Shown piece by piece: positions 30,586-42,260 of a DNA stretch of 64,000 bases. The notes under the pieces were generated by a model. The model had not been told where the DNA came from. It ran no database searches and worked only from the letters and a program-made list of their open reading frames with translations. The stretch is taken from the NCBI RefSeq assembly GCF_009914755.1, contig NC_060944.1; one strand, 5' to 3'. The number at the start of each line of letters is the position of its first letter. Position 1 is the stretch's first letter. The position numbers were made by a program, and so were the translations under genes. Source of the DNA: the human T2T-CHM13v2.0 reference genome, Homo sapiens.

Positions 30586-31933
30586 TAATACTATGAGGAA
30601 CATCTTTGTACATTTTATCTTCATGTAGATCTTGGATTATTTTCTTAGAATAGATTATTATAAACTGATTTAGTAGCTAAAAGATATGGAAAAAGTTGAG
30701 GTTTCTGGATACACACTGTCAAGTCACTGCCCAAGGAGGTCTTGGAAGTTTACAGTCTCATTAACAGGGTTTGAGAATGACCATTTTCTGACAGGATTTC
30801 CAACTCTGAGGATTCTTTATTTCCCCATTTGCTGTTGACTCTAAAGATGAGAGGGTGAGTGACGAATATAAATATGGGAGAAAAATAAAACGATGTGTTT
30901 CTGCTTTCGATTGGAGAGCTCCCCAGAGCCGTCTTTGGAATTGCTGTTCCCTGAGGGGATATGGTAGCCAGAGCATGTTGGCCCAGCTGATGTTTTCTAG
31001 GATTGGTCTTTGAGTGTGGCATTTGCTGTCTCTGTGTCCCGAGGGCCAGTGGCCTGCACTGGGCAGCCTGTAACATCAGATGGCATTGTGAGATCAAAGC
31101 CCCAGGAGACATTCCAGCATGAAGCTGGCCTTTCAGATAGAGCCTGTAATTCCATCCCATGGTGTCAGGTCCTAGGACAAGAACACCTGCACAGCACTCC
31201 ACGGTGCACGGAGGCCCTTCTCAACAGCCCCAAGAAGGAACTGCGGCTCCTCCCCACAGAGGACAGGCGGGCAGCAGGGGAGAAGAGGGATAGACACAAA
31301 CTCCCTCTCCTTCAGAGGCCCGAGAGTGAAATCCAGCGAGTGTGCATGGAGCGCCTGCTCTTTACCAGGTGCTGGATGAGAATCAGGGAATGCAGCGGCC
31401 AGAACCTGTTGGCTCAGCTGCCAGGATTAGGTTTCAGCTGGACATGGGAAAAATCCAGACCAAATTCCTGTTCCCGTGGAGCTGACAGTCTAACTGAGGA
31501 AGAGCCGAGGACTCGGAGGCTCCGGGAGCCAGTGTGGCCTGCTCGGGGTTTGTCATTTTCCAGAGCAGCGGGTTTCAGGTGGGGCTGAGGCCCTTCTGAG
31601 CCGTGGCTGTAAACCGGCCTCACTCACCTCAGAGGGCAGCTGTGGCCACTGAGTGCGTGATGTGTATGAAAACACAGGCACCTGGGCCATGGTACCTTTC
31701 CTTATCGTAGGAATTGTCAGCATCATTTTTATCCTCTGTTATTACTGTTATTATCATAAGCCATTTTCCTGTCCTGAAGCATTGAGCGGTTTCCCCAGAG
31801 GCAGAGCGCAGGAGTGAACCTCCGTGACCTGTAGAAGGAGCCACCTCTGGAACTTCCGGGAATTCTTTTAGCCAAGGAGGAGCCAGAGCGTGACTAGGGC
31901 AGCGCGCAAGGCTGCTAGGAAGATAGGCAGGGT

Positions 31934-31947
31934 GCGCCATCTGCTGT
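31934..31947 (-). promoter_or_regulatory. Candidate CTCF site within a CpG-enriched intronic element
   Basis: The - strand reads ACAGCAGATGGCGC versus consensus CCASYAGRKGGCRS (13/14). Confidence 0.55.
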
Positions 31948-32220
31948 AGCCGGGGGGAATTGCCGTGGACAGTGTCCTGGCCCTCCTCTATTTTACACAG
32001 GGGAAATGAAGGCCCCAAGAAAGGCAGGGTCTTGCCCAGGGTTAGGTGGCAGAGCTTGGGTTTAAGGTCACGTGTCTCATTCTTTGCTCTTTCTACCATA
32101 GGACACCTCCCTGTCTCACCTGTCTGATCTTTGAGGGCCCCTAATTCATTCTTTAGGTGTTTCTTCTGAGCTAGGTGTTGTGGGGGGATGTGGGCCTTGC
32201 CCTCCATACTGATCCTCTTC

Positions 32221-32222
32221 TC

Positions 32223-32301
<79 letters not shown>
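32221..32301. repeat. Compound (TC)n(CA)n microsatellite
   Basis: Direct reading. Confidence 0.95.
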
Positions 32302-32303
<2 letters not shown>

Positions 32304-32639
32304 GCAGCACTTACTGGCTCAACCCCACCCTGGGTGCCTTCTGGGCACTTCTGCCAATGTCAGCTACCTTCTAAAAGCATTGCACAATAATTTGGGTTTA
32401 TAAAACTTCAACCATTGAAAAAATATAGACTTAGAAAACGAAAGTTCCCCTTAATCACAAAGAACCACAGTTGACAGGGTTGATAGATGTTTTTTCAGAT
32501 TTTTTTTTCATATGTCTGCTATCTTTCCCCACAGGAACTGGGTTTTATTTTAGGTGTTGTTTTGCAACCTCTGTTTTTCAGTTGCCAGTTTATCTCAGAC
32601 ATTGTCCTATGTCAGTACAGGCCCATCTGGCACATTTCT

Positions 32640-33990
32640 TTATTATTTTTTTTTTACTGACATGTCATTGTATATATTTGTGGGGTGCAACTTGATGTTT
32701 TGATACATATATGTTGTATAATAATCAGATCAGGGCAGTTAGCATATCCATCATCTCATGCATTTATTTCTTTGTGATGAGAATATTCAAAAGCTTCTGT
32801 AGTTATTTTGTAATATAGAATGCCTTTTTTTTTTTTTTTTTTGAGACGGAGTCTCGCTCTGTCTTGCCCAGGGTGGAGTGCAGTGGCGTGATCTCAGCTC
32901 ACGGCAGTCTCCGCCTCATGGGTTCAAGAGATTCTCCTGTCTCAGCCTCCAGAGTAACTGAGACTACAGGCGTGTGCTACCACACCCGACTAATTTTGTA
33001 TTTTTAGTAGAGGCGACGTTTCACGATGTTGGCCAGCCCAGTCTCGAACTTCTGACCTCAGGTGAACTACCCGCCTCGGCCTCCCAAAGTGCTGGGATTA
33101 TAGGCATGAGCCACCGCACCCGGCCTAGAATGCCTTATTGTTAACCATCACCATACTGTACAATAGAACAGGAACTTACTGCTCCTATCTAATTGTAACT
33201 ATGTACCCGTTGACCAGCTTTCCATCCTTTCCTCTCCTCTCCCCTCCCCAGTCTCTGGTAACCACTGTTGTATTCTCTCCTTCTATATCAACTTTTTTTT
33301 TTTTTTTTGACAGAGTTTTGCTCTGTCACCTAGGCTAGAGTGCAGTGTCATGATCTTGGCTCACTGCAAGCTCCGCCTCCTGGGTTCACGCCATTCTCCT
33401 GCCTCAGCCTCCTGAGTAGCTGGGACTACAGGCGCCTGCCACCACGCCTGGCTAATTTTTGTTTGTTTTTTTAGTAGAGAGGGGGTTTCACCATGTTGGC
33501 CAGGATGGTCTCGATCTCCTGACCTAGTGATCCACCCGCCTCGGCCTCCCAAAGTACTGGGATTACAGGTGTGAGCCACTGTGCCTAGCCGATAACAAAT
33601 TTTTTTTTTTTTAAGATTCCATGTATGCGTAAAATCATGCAGTATTTGTGTTTCTGTGTCTGGCTTATTTCACTTAACATTATGTCCTCCAGGTTTATCC
33701 GTTTTGTCCCAAATAACAAGATTTCATTCTTTTTTATGGCTGAATAGTATTCCTTTGTGTATATATACATTTTCTGTATCCATTCAATCATGTTGGACAT
33801 TTGGGTTGATTCCATATCTTGGCTATTATAAATAGTGCTGCAGTAAACATAGGAGGTCAGATGTCTTCTTGACATACCAATGTCAGTTCTTTGGATATAT
33901 ACCTAGTAGTGGGATTGTTGGGTCATATGGTACTGTTTTTAATTTTCTCAGGAACCCTCCATACTGTTTTCCATAGTGGCTGTATGGCAC
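32640..33990 (-). mobile_element. L1MA-like 3' remnant with nested Alus (32825-33125, 33293-33590)
   Basis: Antisense L1 3' motifs (tttatggctgaatagtattcc, tggcttatttcacttaacat). Confidence 0.85.
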
Positions 33991-34939
33991 ATTTCTTTTT
34001 TATGACTACTTCATAATTCACGCGATGCCTAACCTCCTGGTGGACATTTGGGTGGTTTCCTATAGGCTGCTATTACTGACCAGGTGCAGTAAACATCCTC
34101 ACACTAGAGAAAACATTGGGCATTTGCCTGAGTGGGTCTAGAACTAGGATTTGCTGGGTGGGCCCATGGGCCCACCCCACTGGACTATGAACTCCTAAAG
34201 TCAGGCCAGTGCTTAGACCACCCCTCCCACTTACTAATTCAGGTCTGCGAGGTAGCCAGAGTCCATGCAATGACTGCTATCTAATTGCCTTCAGAAAACC
34301 ATAGGTGCTCAATGAGAGATACTAGTATCCCCTTCGCAAATTAACCTTTTGTTAATATAGTAGCAGTACTTCTTGTTGCCAAGAGTACATAAATGGACAA
34401 TCTTGTGTGCTACTGGTGGGAATATAAATAAAAACAGCACTGACTTTATAAGTCTTTCTGCCAATTTTTTGTCATCATGAATACCACTGTGCTATTTGGG
34501 AAGGCAACTGGGAAATGTGTCAAAAATCTAAAAATTATTTCACCCTTCCCTTTAGCCCAGCAGTTCTACTTCTAGGGATATACTCTCAGGAAACAATTAG
34601 GGATGGGCACAGAGACTTTCATAAAGTCCCAGTGCTGTGTGTGGCGGTAGAAAACAGGGAAGTACCTCTGTGTTCATTTCTGGAGGCCTCATCCTAGAGT
34701 AAATCATGGCCCATCCAAGCATGCTGGCACAAAATTCATGTGGAGGGAGACTTAGTGACATGTTCTAAAGCGTCCCAAAGAGTAGGCTACAAAACACAAC
34801 ATAAGGTATGGTCCCAAATCATTTCTAAATGTATGTGGCTCTTCTTTATATATGTGGCACTCTTCTCTCCTTTCTCTAGACTGTGTTACCAAGCACCAGG
34901 GCTGTTAACTGCTGTCTCTGTAGTAAGAACTACTAATTT

Positions 34940-35164
34940 ATTTTTTCTTTTTTTCGAGATGGAGTCTCGCTTTGTCGCCCAGGCTGGAGTGCAGTGGCAC
35001 AATCTCGGCTCACTGCAAGTTCTGCCTCCCGGGTTCATGCCATTCTCCTGCCTCAGCCTCCTGAGTAGCTGGAACTACAGGCGCCCGCCACCACGCCCGG
35101 CTAATTTTTTTGTATTTTTAGTAGAGATGGGATTTCACTGTGTTAGCCAGGATGGTCTTGATCT
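34940..35164 (-). mobile_element. 5'-truncated AluY-like with TSD
   Basis: agaactactaattt at 34926-34939 and 35165-35178. Confidence 0.9.
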
Positions 35165-36328
35165 AGAACTACTAATTTCATATCTTTCCTCCCCACTCCA
35201 CCTCTCTTCTGAGCTCCAGCCTCCTAGTTCCATGTATCTAGCCTACCTCTCCCCTTGGAGGGCTCACAGGCATCTCAAAGTTACCGAATAGGCCAAACAG
35301 GACTTTATGCCCTCAAATATTCCTCCTTTGTTCTTCCATATGTCAGCAAACCACACTTCTGTCCACCTACTTATTCACACCAGAAACCTAAATTACCTGT
35401 CAATCCAACACTACTTCTTGTTGGTTCGATTTCCAAGTTATATCTAGAATCCTTCCCACTGCCCCCCTCCTCCACCCACCATCTTGGCACCTGAACTTCA
35501 CAGGAGCCTCCTAACTTGCCCCTTCCCAGCACTGCTGTGCCCGGCCGCCACAGTCACCTTTGAAAATGCACGGCTGCTACTTCATGGCCTTGCCTAAAGC
35601 CCCTCAGGAACCAAGTTCCAGATGTGGTCTGGCTCCTGCCTACCTCAGCAGTGTCCTTGGTGTCATTGTCCCTCTTCTGCCATGCTCCCGCCTGCTGGCT
35701 CTTTCTGTCCTTCCAAGCCCTCATGCCTCCCTCCCTCAGAGCCTTCACACATGCTGTTCCCCTCTCTGTAGTGCTCTTCCCCTCACTCTTCATCTGCATG
35801 ACGCCTCGTCCTCCTTGGTTCTCAGCTAAAATGTCACTTTGTGACCCCCAGCCTTGATCAGGTCCCAGTGATCACTCCAGCACCCTGCATTCTCCCTTGA
35901 AGCCTTGAGCACCAAGGCCATGACTTAGGTACGAGGTGACTTTATGCCACCTGTAGTAGATGGTAAGCTCTGTGAGGCCAGGGACCATGGCCAGTTTGTT
36001 CATGGTGGTATCTGTGCCAGTGCCTGGCGCATGGTATTAATAAATGTGTGTACATGTTTGTCAATAATTTTATTTAAAGAAAAGTCTGAGCCCATGTTCT
36101 TTAAAATGTTGATGGTGGTTGTCTGGGTGTGGAATTATGAGTGACTTGTTTTGTTCTTTGTACTTTTCTGTGCTTTTTGCTTTGTTTTCAATAAGAGGCA
36201 ATAACTGTCATTTTGACAGAAGCCACTGTGCTGGGGAACTGGAGCTGTCCTCTCTGCAGAATGCATCTGGACTTACCTCTGCCCCCTTGCCTTCTGTCCC
36301 CACAGGCCTGAGGAGCGATGCGACAGGC

Positions 36329-36479
36329 ATGATGGAGGTCGAGTCCTCCTACTCGGACTTCATCTCCTGTGACCGGACAGGCCGTCGGAATGCGGTCCCT
36401 GACATCCAGGGAGACTCAGAGGCTGTGAGCGTGAGGAAGCTGGCTGGAGACATGGGCGAGCTGGCACTCGAGGGGGCAG
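36329..36479 (+). CDS. PKIG: PKI-gamma coding exon 1 (exon 36306-36479; aa 1-50 plus 1 nt)
   Basis: [50 protein letters not shown] contains the PKI pseudosubstrate GRRNA, the upstream Phe and an NES-like [10 protein letters not shown]. Acceptor cccacAG ends at 36305; donor GTTAGA starts at 36480. Confidence 0.98.
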
Positions 36480-39400
36480 GTTAGAGCCAGCAGGTCCTTG
36501 GCACTACTGCATGCCAGAGGCCCTCTGCCGGGCCCCGGGCTAGCCTCCAAGTCCTAGACTGCCCATACTTTCTTAGAGAAGAAACCACATTTAAGTCAGG
36601 CCTGCCCCATGGTCAGTGGCAGAGTCCAGCAATCTCTAGGTTGGAAGATGTTTGAGTCTCAGGCCCCAAGGACTCCTCTGGACAGGCATCCGGGACTCTT
36701 CCTGTCCCCCTGCCCCCTAGCCCAGGTCCCTCCACTTCTCGCTATCCCCACAGCTATACCTGGCTCTGGCCACTCACAGCTCTCACCTGGCTGACTTTAG
36801 CGGCCGGCTTCCCTGGGCTCCCTACACCCATCTCCGCCCTTCCTGTTCAGCTCTATGCAGCAGCCAGCAGACCCCATTTAAACCATTCTGTCCATCATGC
36901 TTCTGCCAAAAAAAAAAAATCCCCCAGTGGCTTCACTGAGTGAAGCTAAGCTTGTCACATTGCCCTGGGGCAGTCCTGCTGTAGGCCGGGCCCTGCCCAA
37001 GTCTCACCCGGTGCCACTCCTCTCCCTGACACCCTCCAGCTACATCTACCTTTGGTCTGTTTCTCAGTCAAGCCTCTCCAAGGGGCCTTCTCTGAGTGCT
37101 AGATCAGCCTTCCCCAATCACATGACCCTCATCACTCTCTGACAAGGTCTCAGGGGTCTAAATGTGAGCGCCGGGAGGGCAGAGGCCTTGCATTCTGTTT
37201 GGCACACAGCAGGTGCTTGGTAACCACAGACCGAATGACAAAAGGAAACAGCATCCACCCACCCAAGTCCTGGCTGGAACACCCCCACCCCCTCCATTCC
37301 CCCAGAGAACCCCTTGGCTCAAGTCCACAGTCAGCCTGGGAATTTCCTTGGGAAGCTTCCCTGACCCCTGCACGGCTGAGGCCTTTCCCTCCTGCTCTCA
37401 CAGCGCCACAGAGGCCGTGTGTGCTTCTCACAGCACAGCCATCAGGCTGCAACTGTCTCCCCGTGGGCTGTCCGGAGGGCCACAGCCCTGCCCCTCCCTG
37501 GGTAGCCCTAGTCTTCTTGCCCCTCACTGGCCAGAAGTGAATCAAAAGTACAGAACAGAGAAGACTTTGCCGGGGCTTGGACCCAGCCCTCTCATGTTAC
37601 AGATGGACAAACTGAGGCCCAGAGAAGTTGGAGGACTTGCTCTGGGCCACCCAGGGAGTTAACATAGAATCTGGCCGGCTTGAGAGAGAGCCCCCAGCAC
37701 CCTGTCGACGGAACCCCACCCCAAAAGCCTTCCCTGTCCCATAATCTATTCATTCTCCTCTGTCACGTGGCCCAGGCAGAACCTCCACAGGCTCACCCTG
37801 CTCGCCTCTCCAGCATCAACTCTCATCCTCTCGCCAGCCATAGTCAAGTACTTTGATCGCTCAGAAGCCCCTGTGGGCCTTCACACGCTGCACCTCTGTT
37901 TGCTTCTCCCCTCCCTCCCCTTGCCTGGCTGGGTTCTCTTCATTCTTAGAGACCCAGGCATCTGCTCAGCTGAGAAGCCTTCCCTGACCGCAGTACCCCT
38001 CCCAGACCGGGGAGGCACCTCTTCTCCCTGCTGCCTCCATGAGCCCACTGAGCATAATGGCCCTGCTCTAGACTGAGCTTCTCCAGCACAGGCTCTGTGT
38101 CTTGTGCCCTCGGTGCCTGGTGGTGTTTGGCACATGATGGAGGTACCGAGTCAATGGCTGTTCATTGACCGACTGAATGACCAGCATGTCCAGCTGCCAC
38201 ACTGGGCACGCTGCCCTGGGCTCTCTCTCAAGGCTTCTGTGTCCTCACCCTCAGCTCTGGTGAGCTCTGTTCTGTCTCTCTCTCCCTCAGCAGTTGTAGC
38301 TGCTGGCCCATGTGCCCAGGCTCTCCTAACACCTGTTTTCCCTGACTCAGATTCCCTAAAGTATGGGTCCTCTGGCTACATGACATTCACCTGCCAGGGT
38401 GACTGACATTTAAAAAGGGGGCCTGAGGAAAGAACAGTGCTCACTGAAGGAAAGGAAACACTCACGGTGGCGTCCAGGCAAGAGTGACTGGCCAAGGAGC
38501 CTTCCAGGAAGCCCGCAGGGAGCAGTTCCGTTTCACAGGCGGGGCTGCGGGCCACGCCCACTCCAGCGACTCCCCAAGGCAGGGGGAGTACAGAGTTCCA
38601 GGCGCCACCCCGCTGGGAATAAAAGCAGGCTTTCCAGGCAGCGGGCTCGGAATAGGGTCCCGAGCTACCACCCACTTCCTAGCTTGCCGCAGGGGCACAG
38701 TGAGGCAGTGCTGATGTCAGGCCTCTATAAACCTTCAGGAATGCTGCTTATTGGAGGAGGTTAAATTTGGTAGAAGGGGTACTAGCCTTGGTGGCAGGCA
38801 GGGCTCTCCACCCTTGATCCAGGCAAATCAGCTCACCTCGCTGGGCCTCGGTTTTCTCATGCATATCATGACCCTAGTTACACCTCCATGTTACTGTGTG
38901 CATTGCACGAGAAAGTGCCCATCCATCTGCAGACCCTGGAGCTTGCTATAGGGTGGTGATTCTCCTGGTTCTGTGAAGGGCTTAGCCTGAAGGATAAAAA
39001 GGTGTGGTCTGGTTGGGCTGGATTTGAACTCAGGCCCTCAGTGAGCTTGTAGGGCACCTAGTAACATTGCACAGTGTCACTGGGGTTTAAGAATGTACCA
39101 CCTATTGAGCTCTGCCCACATGCCAGGCCCCACGTGGTGCACCTTATGAAAAGACACCTGTTTATCATGCAGCCTGAGGAGGAAAGCATGGAGACTGGGG
39201 CCTGGGTGTGAGTTTGGCACTCCCCTCAACCTGCACTGCTGGTCCAGTGGGTGGCAGGAGCTGCCTGTCCCACCTTGCACAGGGGGGCTCAAGGGAAGCT
39301 GAAAGTGAGGAGACTTGGCTTGTATCCTGACTCCCCTCAGTGAGGTGCTCCATCTCTGTGAGCCTGCTGCTGCCCCTCACCCCACCAAGATGTCTGACAG

Positions 39401-39534
39401 GATGGATTTGAGAAGGAGGTACAACACACACCCCATGATGCACGGTTGGCCCCCACAGACTCTGATGCAGGCCACACCCTGGCGCTCCCTGAGCTGGCCT
39501 GGTTCAGTGCTCTTTACTCTCTTAGAAGAACATT

Positions 39535-39680
39535 GGCCGGGCACGGTGGCTCACACCTATAATCCCAGCACTTTGGGAGGCTGAGGCAGGCAGATCACCT
39601 GAGGTCAGGAGTTTGAGACCAGTCTGGCCAACATGGTGAAACCCCGTCTCTACTAAAAATACAAAAATTAAAAAAAAAAC
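39535..39680 (+). mobile_element. Alu left arm only
   Basis: Alu consensus ending at the middle A-rich linker. Confidence 0.85.
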
Positions 39681-40056
39681 AAACAAACAGAACAGCTGCC
39701 ATTTGCTGAGCACCTGTGACACACTGGGGACTTAACATCTGGCCTCTCCCTCTGGGGAACCTGCACAAACAAAGCAACCTTCAAGAGCCCTTCACTTGAT
39801 GCTTTAAGCACCCATCCATAATGGCCCTTAATTGACTCTTAATTATACTAACAAACACTATGTGTATTTCCATGTAAAAAGATGTTACAGACCAGGCTAA
39901 AGTCCATAGGCCACCACCACCTCAGTCCAGCTCCAGCTCGTCTTGCTCCCCAGGGCATATCCACTGCTATCAGTTTGGCTGGGCCCTTTCACACCTCCTT
40001 CTGTGCATTACTTTGTGTATATGTGCCCAAGAAAAACCTCTTTCTCTCCTCTCCAG

Positions 40057-40136
40057 AAGGACAGGTGGAGGGAAGCGCCCCAGACAAGGAAGCTGGCAAC
40101 CAGCCCCAGAGCAGCGATGGGACCACCTCGTCTTGA
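40057..40136 (+). CDS. PKIG: PKI-gamma last coding exon (EGQVEGSAPDKEAGNQPQSSDGTTSS*)
   Basis: Pyrimidine tract and ccAG ending at 40056. 151+80 nt = 231 nt = 76 aa plus TGA. Confidence 0.97.
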
Positions 40137-40785
40137 ATCTGACCTTGTCCAAGAAGGCTGGACGAGAGACCTTCTGTCCCCTCCCAGAGGGGGAACCCTG
40201 GCACTGGCCCAGCAGCCTCTTCTCTGAGCTCCATGTCCCAGATAAACCAGGCCAGACTGAGAAGGCTCCCCAGAGGCCTCTGTGGCCTCCACTCCGGGAA
40301 AGCCCTCTGCCCACACCCACAGGCTTCACATTCCCACCACCTTCGCACCGTGCCCAGGTACACTTTCAAGACACTGTAACCACAAGATGTTATTTATTGA
40401 GCTGGCGCCGGGACTTGGGCGGGGCCTGCCCTACAGTGAGCAGCCCACACAGGAACGCTCCTCTCGCGAGCGGCCCGGGCAGGGACCCTGTCCCAACACC
40501 AACACCTCCTCTCCAGCCCAATCTTCTGGGTCCAGACCTGCTTGTCCCTTTTTTAGAAAACACTTTTAAACTTTTTAAAAATTTTAAACCTTTTTTCAGC
40601 AGATATGGAGAGAGCTGACAATCAATTCACATTTTTTAAGCCATTTTAGCTAAACTGTCATTGTGCATCTCTGAGGTTCCCTCATGGAGCTCCACAGATC
40701 CATTTTTAGGGAAGGGATTTTGGCTCAAAACGATCTGACCACCTCTGCCCTGTCCACCAGGATAAGTGACACCTAGGACCCAGGA

Positions 40786-40791
40786 AATAAA
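40786..40791 (+). terminator. PKIG: PKIG polyadenylation signal
   Basis: AATAAA ~650 nt after the stop codon, followed by a TG/T-rich tract (tttgtgtgactggttt). Confidence 0.8.
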
Positions 40792-41317
40792 TGCCGATGA
40801 TTTGTGTGACTGGTTTAAGATTATTTCTCCTTAACCTTGCAAAAACAGGGGTTGGGCCTTATTTTCCCCAAGTCCACAATTAGCCGGACTTGCCCCAGGC
40901 TTCTAGAACATACGATTCTGAGAAGATGCTGGCGTTCTGCAGAGGCCAGCACCCTCCAAGGCCAGTGTCTGATGAGCCCTCTTCCATCTCATCTGCTCTC
41001 ACCCCAACTGCCAGCTTCAGGAACCCAAAAGGAAGCTTTACTCCTTAAAACCTAGAGTTAGGAGGGGCTGAGAGTTCAGGGAATGTTTGAGCAACAACCA
41101 GAGAAGCCTTATTTCTTCTGGAAGGAGGACAGCCTCTGGACCCCTCTTGGCCCACAGCATTGGGATCTCTGGCCTGGCATTCACAGCCACCCTTAGGCTC
41201 AGGCCCTGCTGCTGAGCAGGCTGACCCAGCTCCCTCCATGCTCATCCTGCCCACATCGGCCCGCCCAAGACCACCAAATTACATGCCACCTGCTGCATGC
41301 CACCAGCCATGGGCTTC

Positions 41318-41323
41318 TTTATT
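41318..41323 (-). terminator. ADA: ADA polyadenylation signal
   Basis: TTTATT on + (AATAAA on -) ~285 nt after the ADA stop, with GT-rich sequence downstream on the - strand. Confidence 0.85.
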
Positions 41324-41605
41324 GAGCACCAGATTTTCAGTACAAGTTGCCACAGAAGGAGGGTTTCAGATTCAACCATGCCCATGTGCAAGGGCGCTGG
41401 TCCCTGGCCAGGGCACATAATCAGAGAAGTGACGCGGCCATGCCGAGGTATACGTGTGTGCAGAAATGGACACATAGGGTTCAGGAGCATCAGTAACTGA
41501 CTATTGAGATCATGGTCTTCTTGGAAGGAATAAATGTAAAAATGTTGCTCAGCCCCACAGAGTTGGGGTGACTCCACAGGGTGAAGGCTTGGAGGAGTGG
41601 CGTCT

Positions 41606-41619
41606 TCAGAGGTTCTGCC
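41606..41619 (-). CDS. ADA: ADA exon 12 coding part ((G)QNL*); 3'UTR continues to ~41300
   Basis: cAG|GG CAG AAC CTC TGA matches the ADA C-terminus SAGQNL. Confidence 0.95.
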
Positions 41620-41894
41620 CTGCTCGTTGGTTCAGAGAAGCAAAAAGATCAGGCAACTTGTAGTACCCAGGATGTTGTAAAAATCATAGAACACCAGAAC
41701 CAGAAAGGAACTCCTTCCTATGATGGCAAGAAGATGCCTTGCCAAGACCACATAGGAAGAAAGGAGCAGAACAGGCCTGGGCCCCTCTCCCTGCCCTTGG
41801 CTTTGGGCAGCCATGGAGGTGTCCCCAACTGCCCAGACCTTTGGGACTGGGCTTCAGAAAGTCTCCCCTTAGAACAGCCTCTCAAGAACTTTTA

Positions 41895-42260
<366 letters not shown>

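Noticed and set aside
31010-32297. Long ORFs of 192 aa (+) and 222 aa (-)
   Set aside because: They start at non-ATG codons or in a microsatellite, have no recognisable domain, and fit chance in GC-rich DNA.
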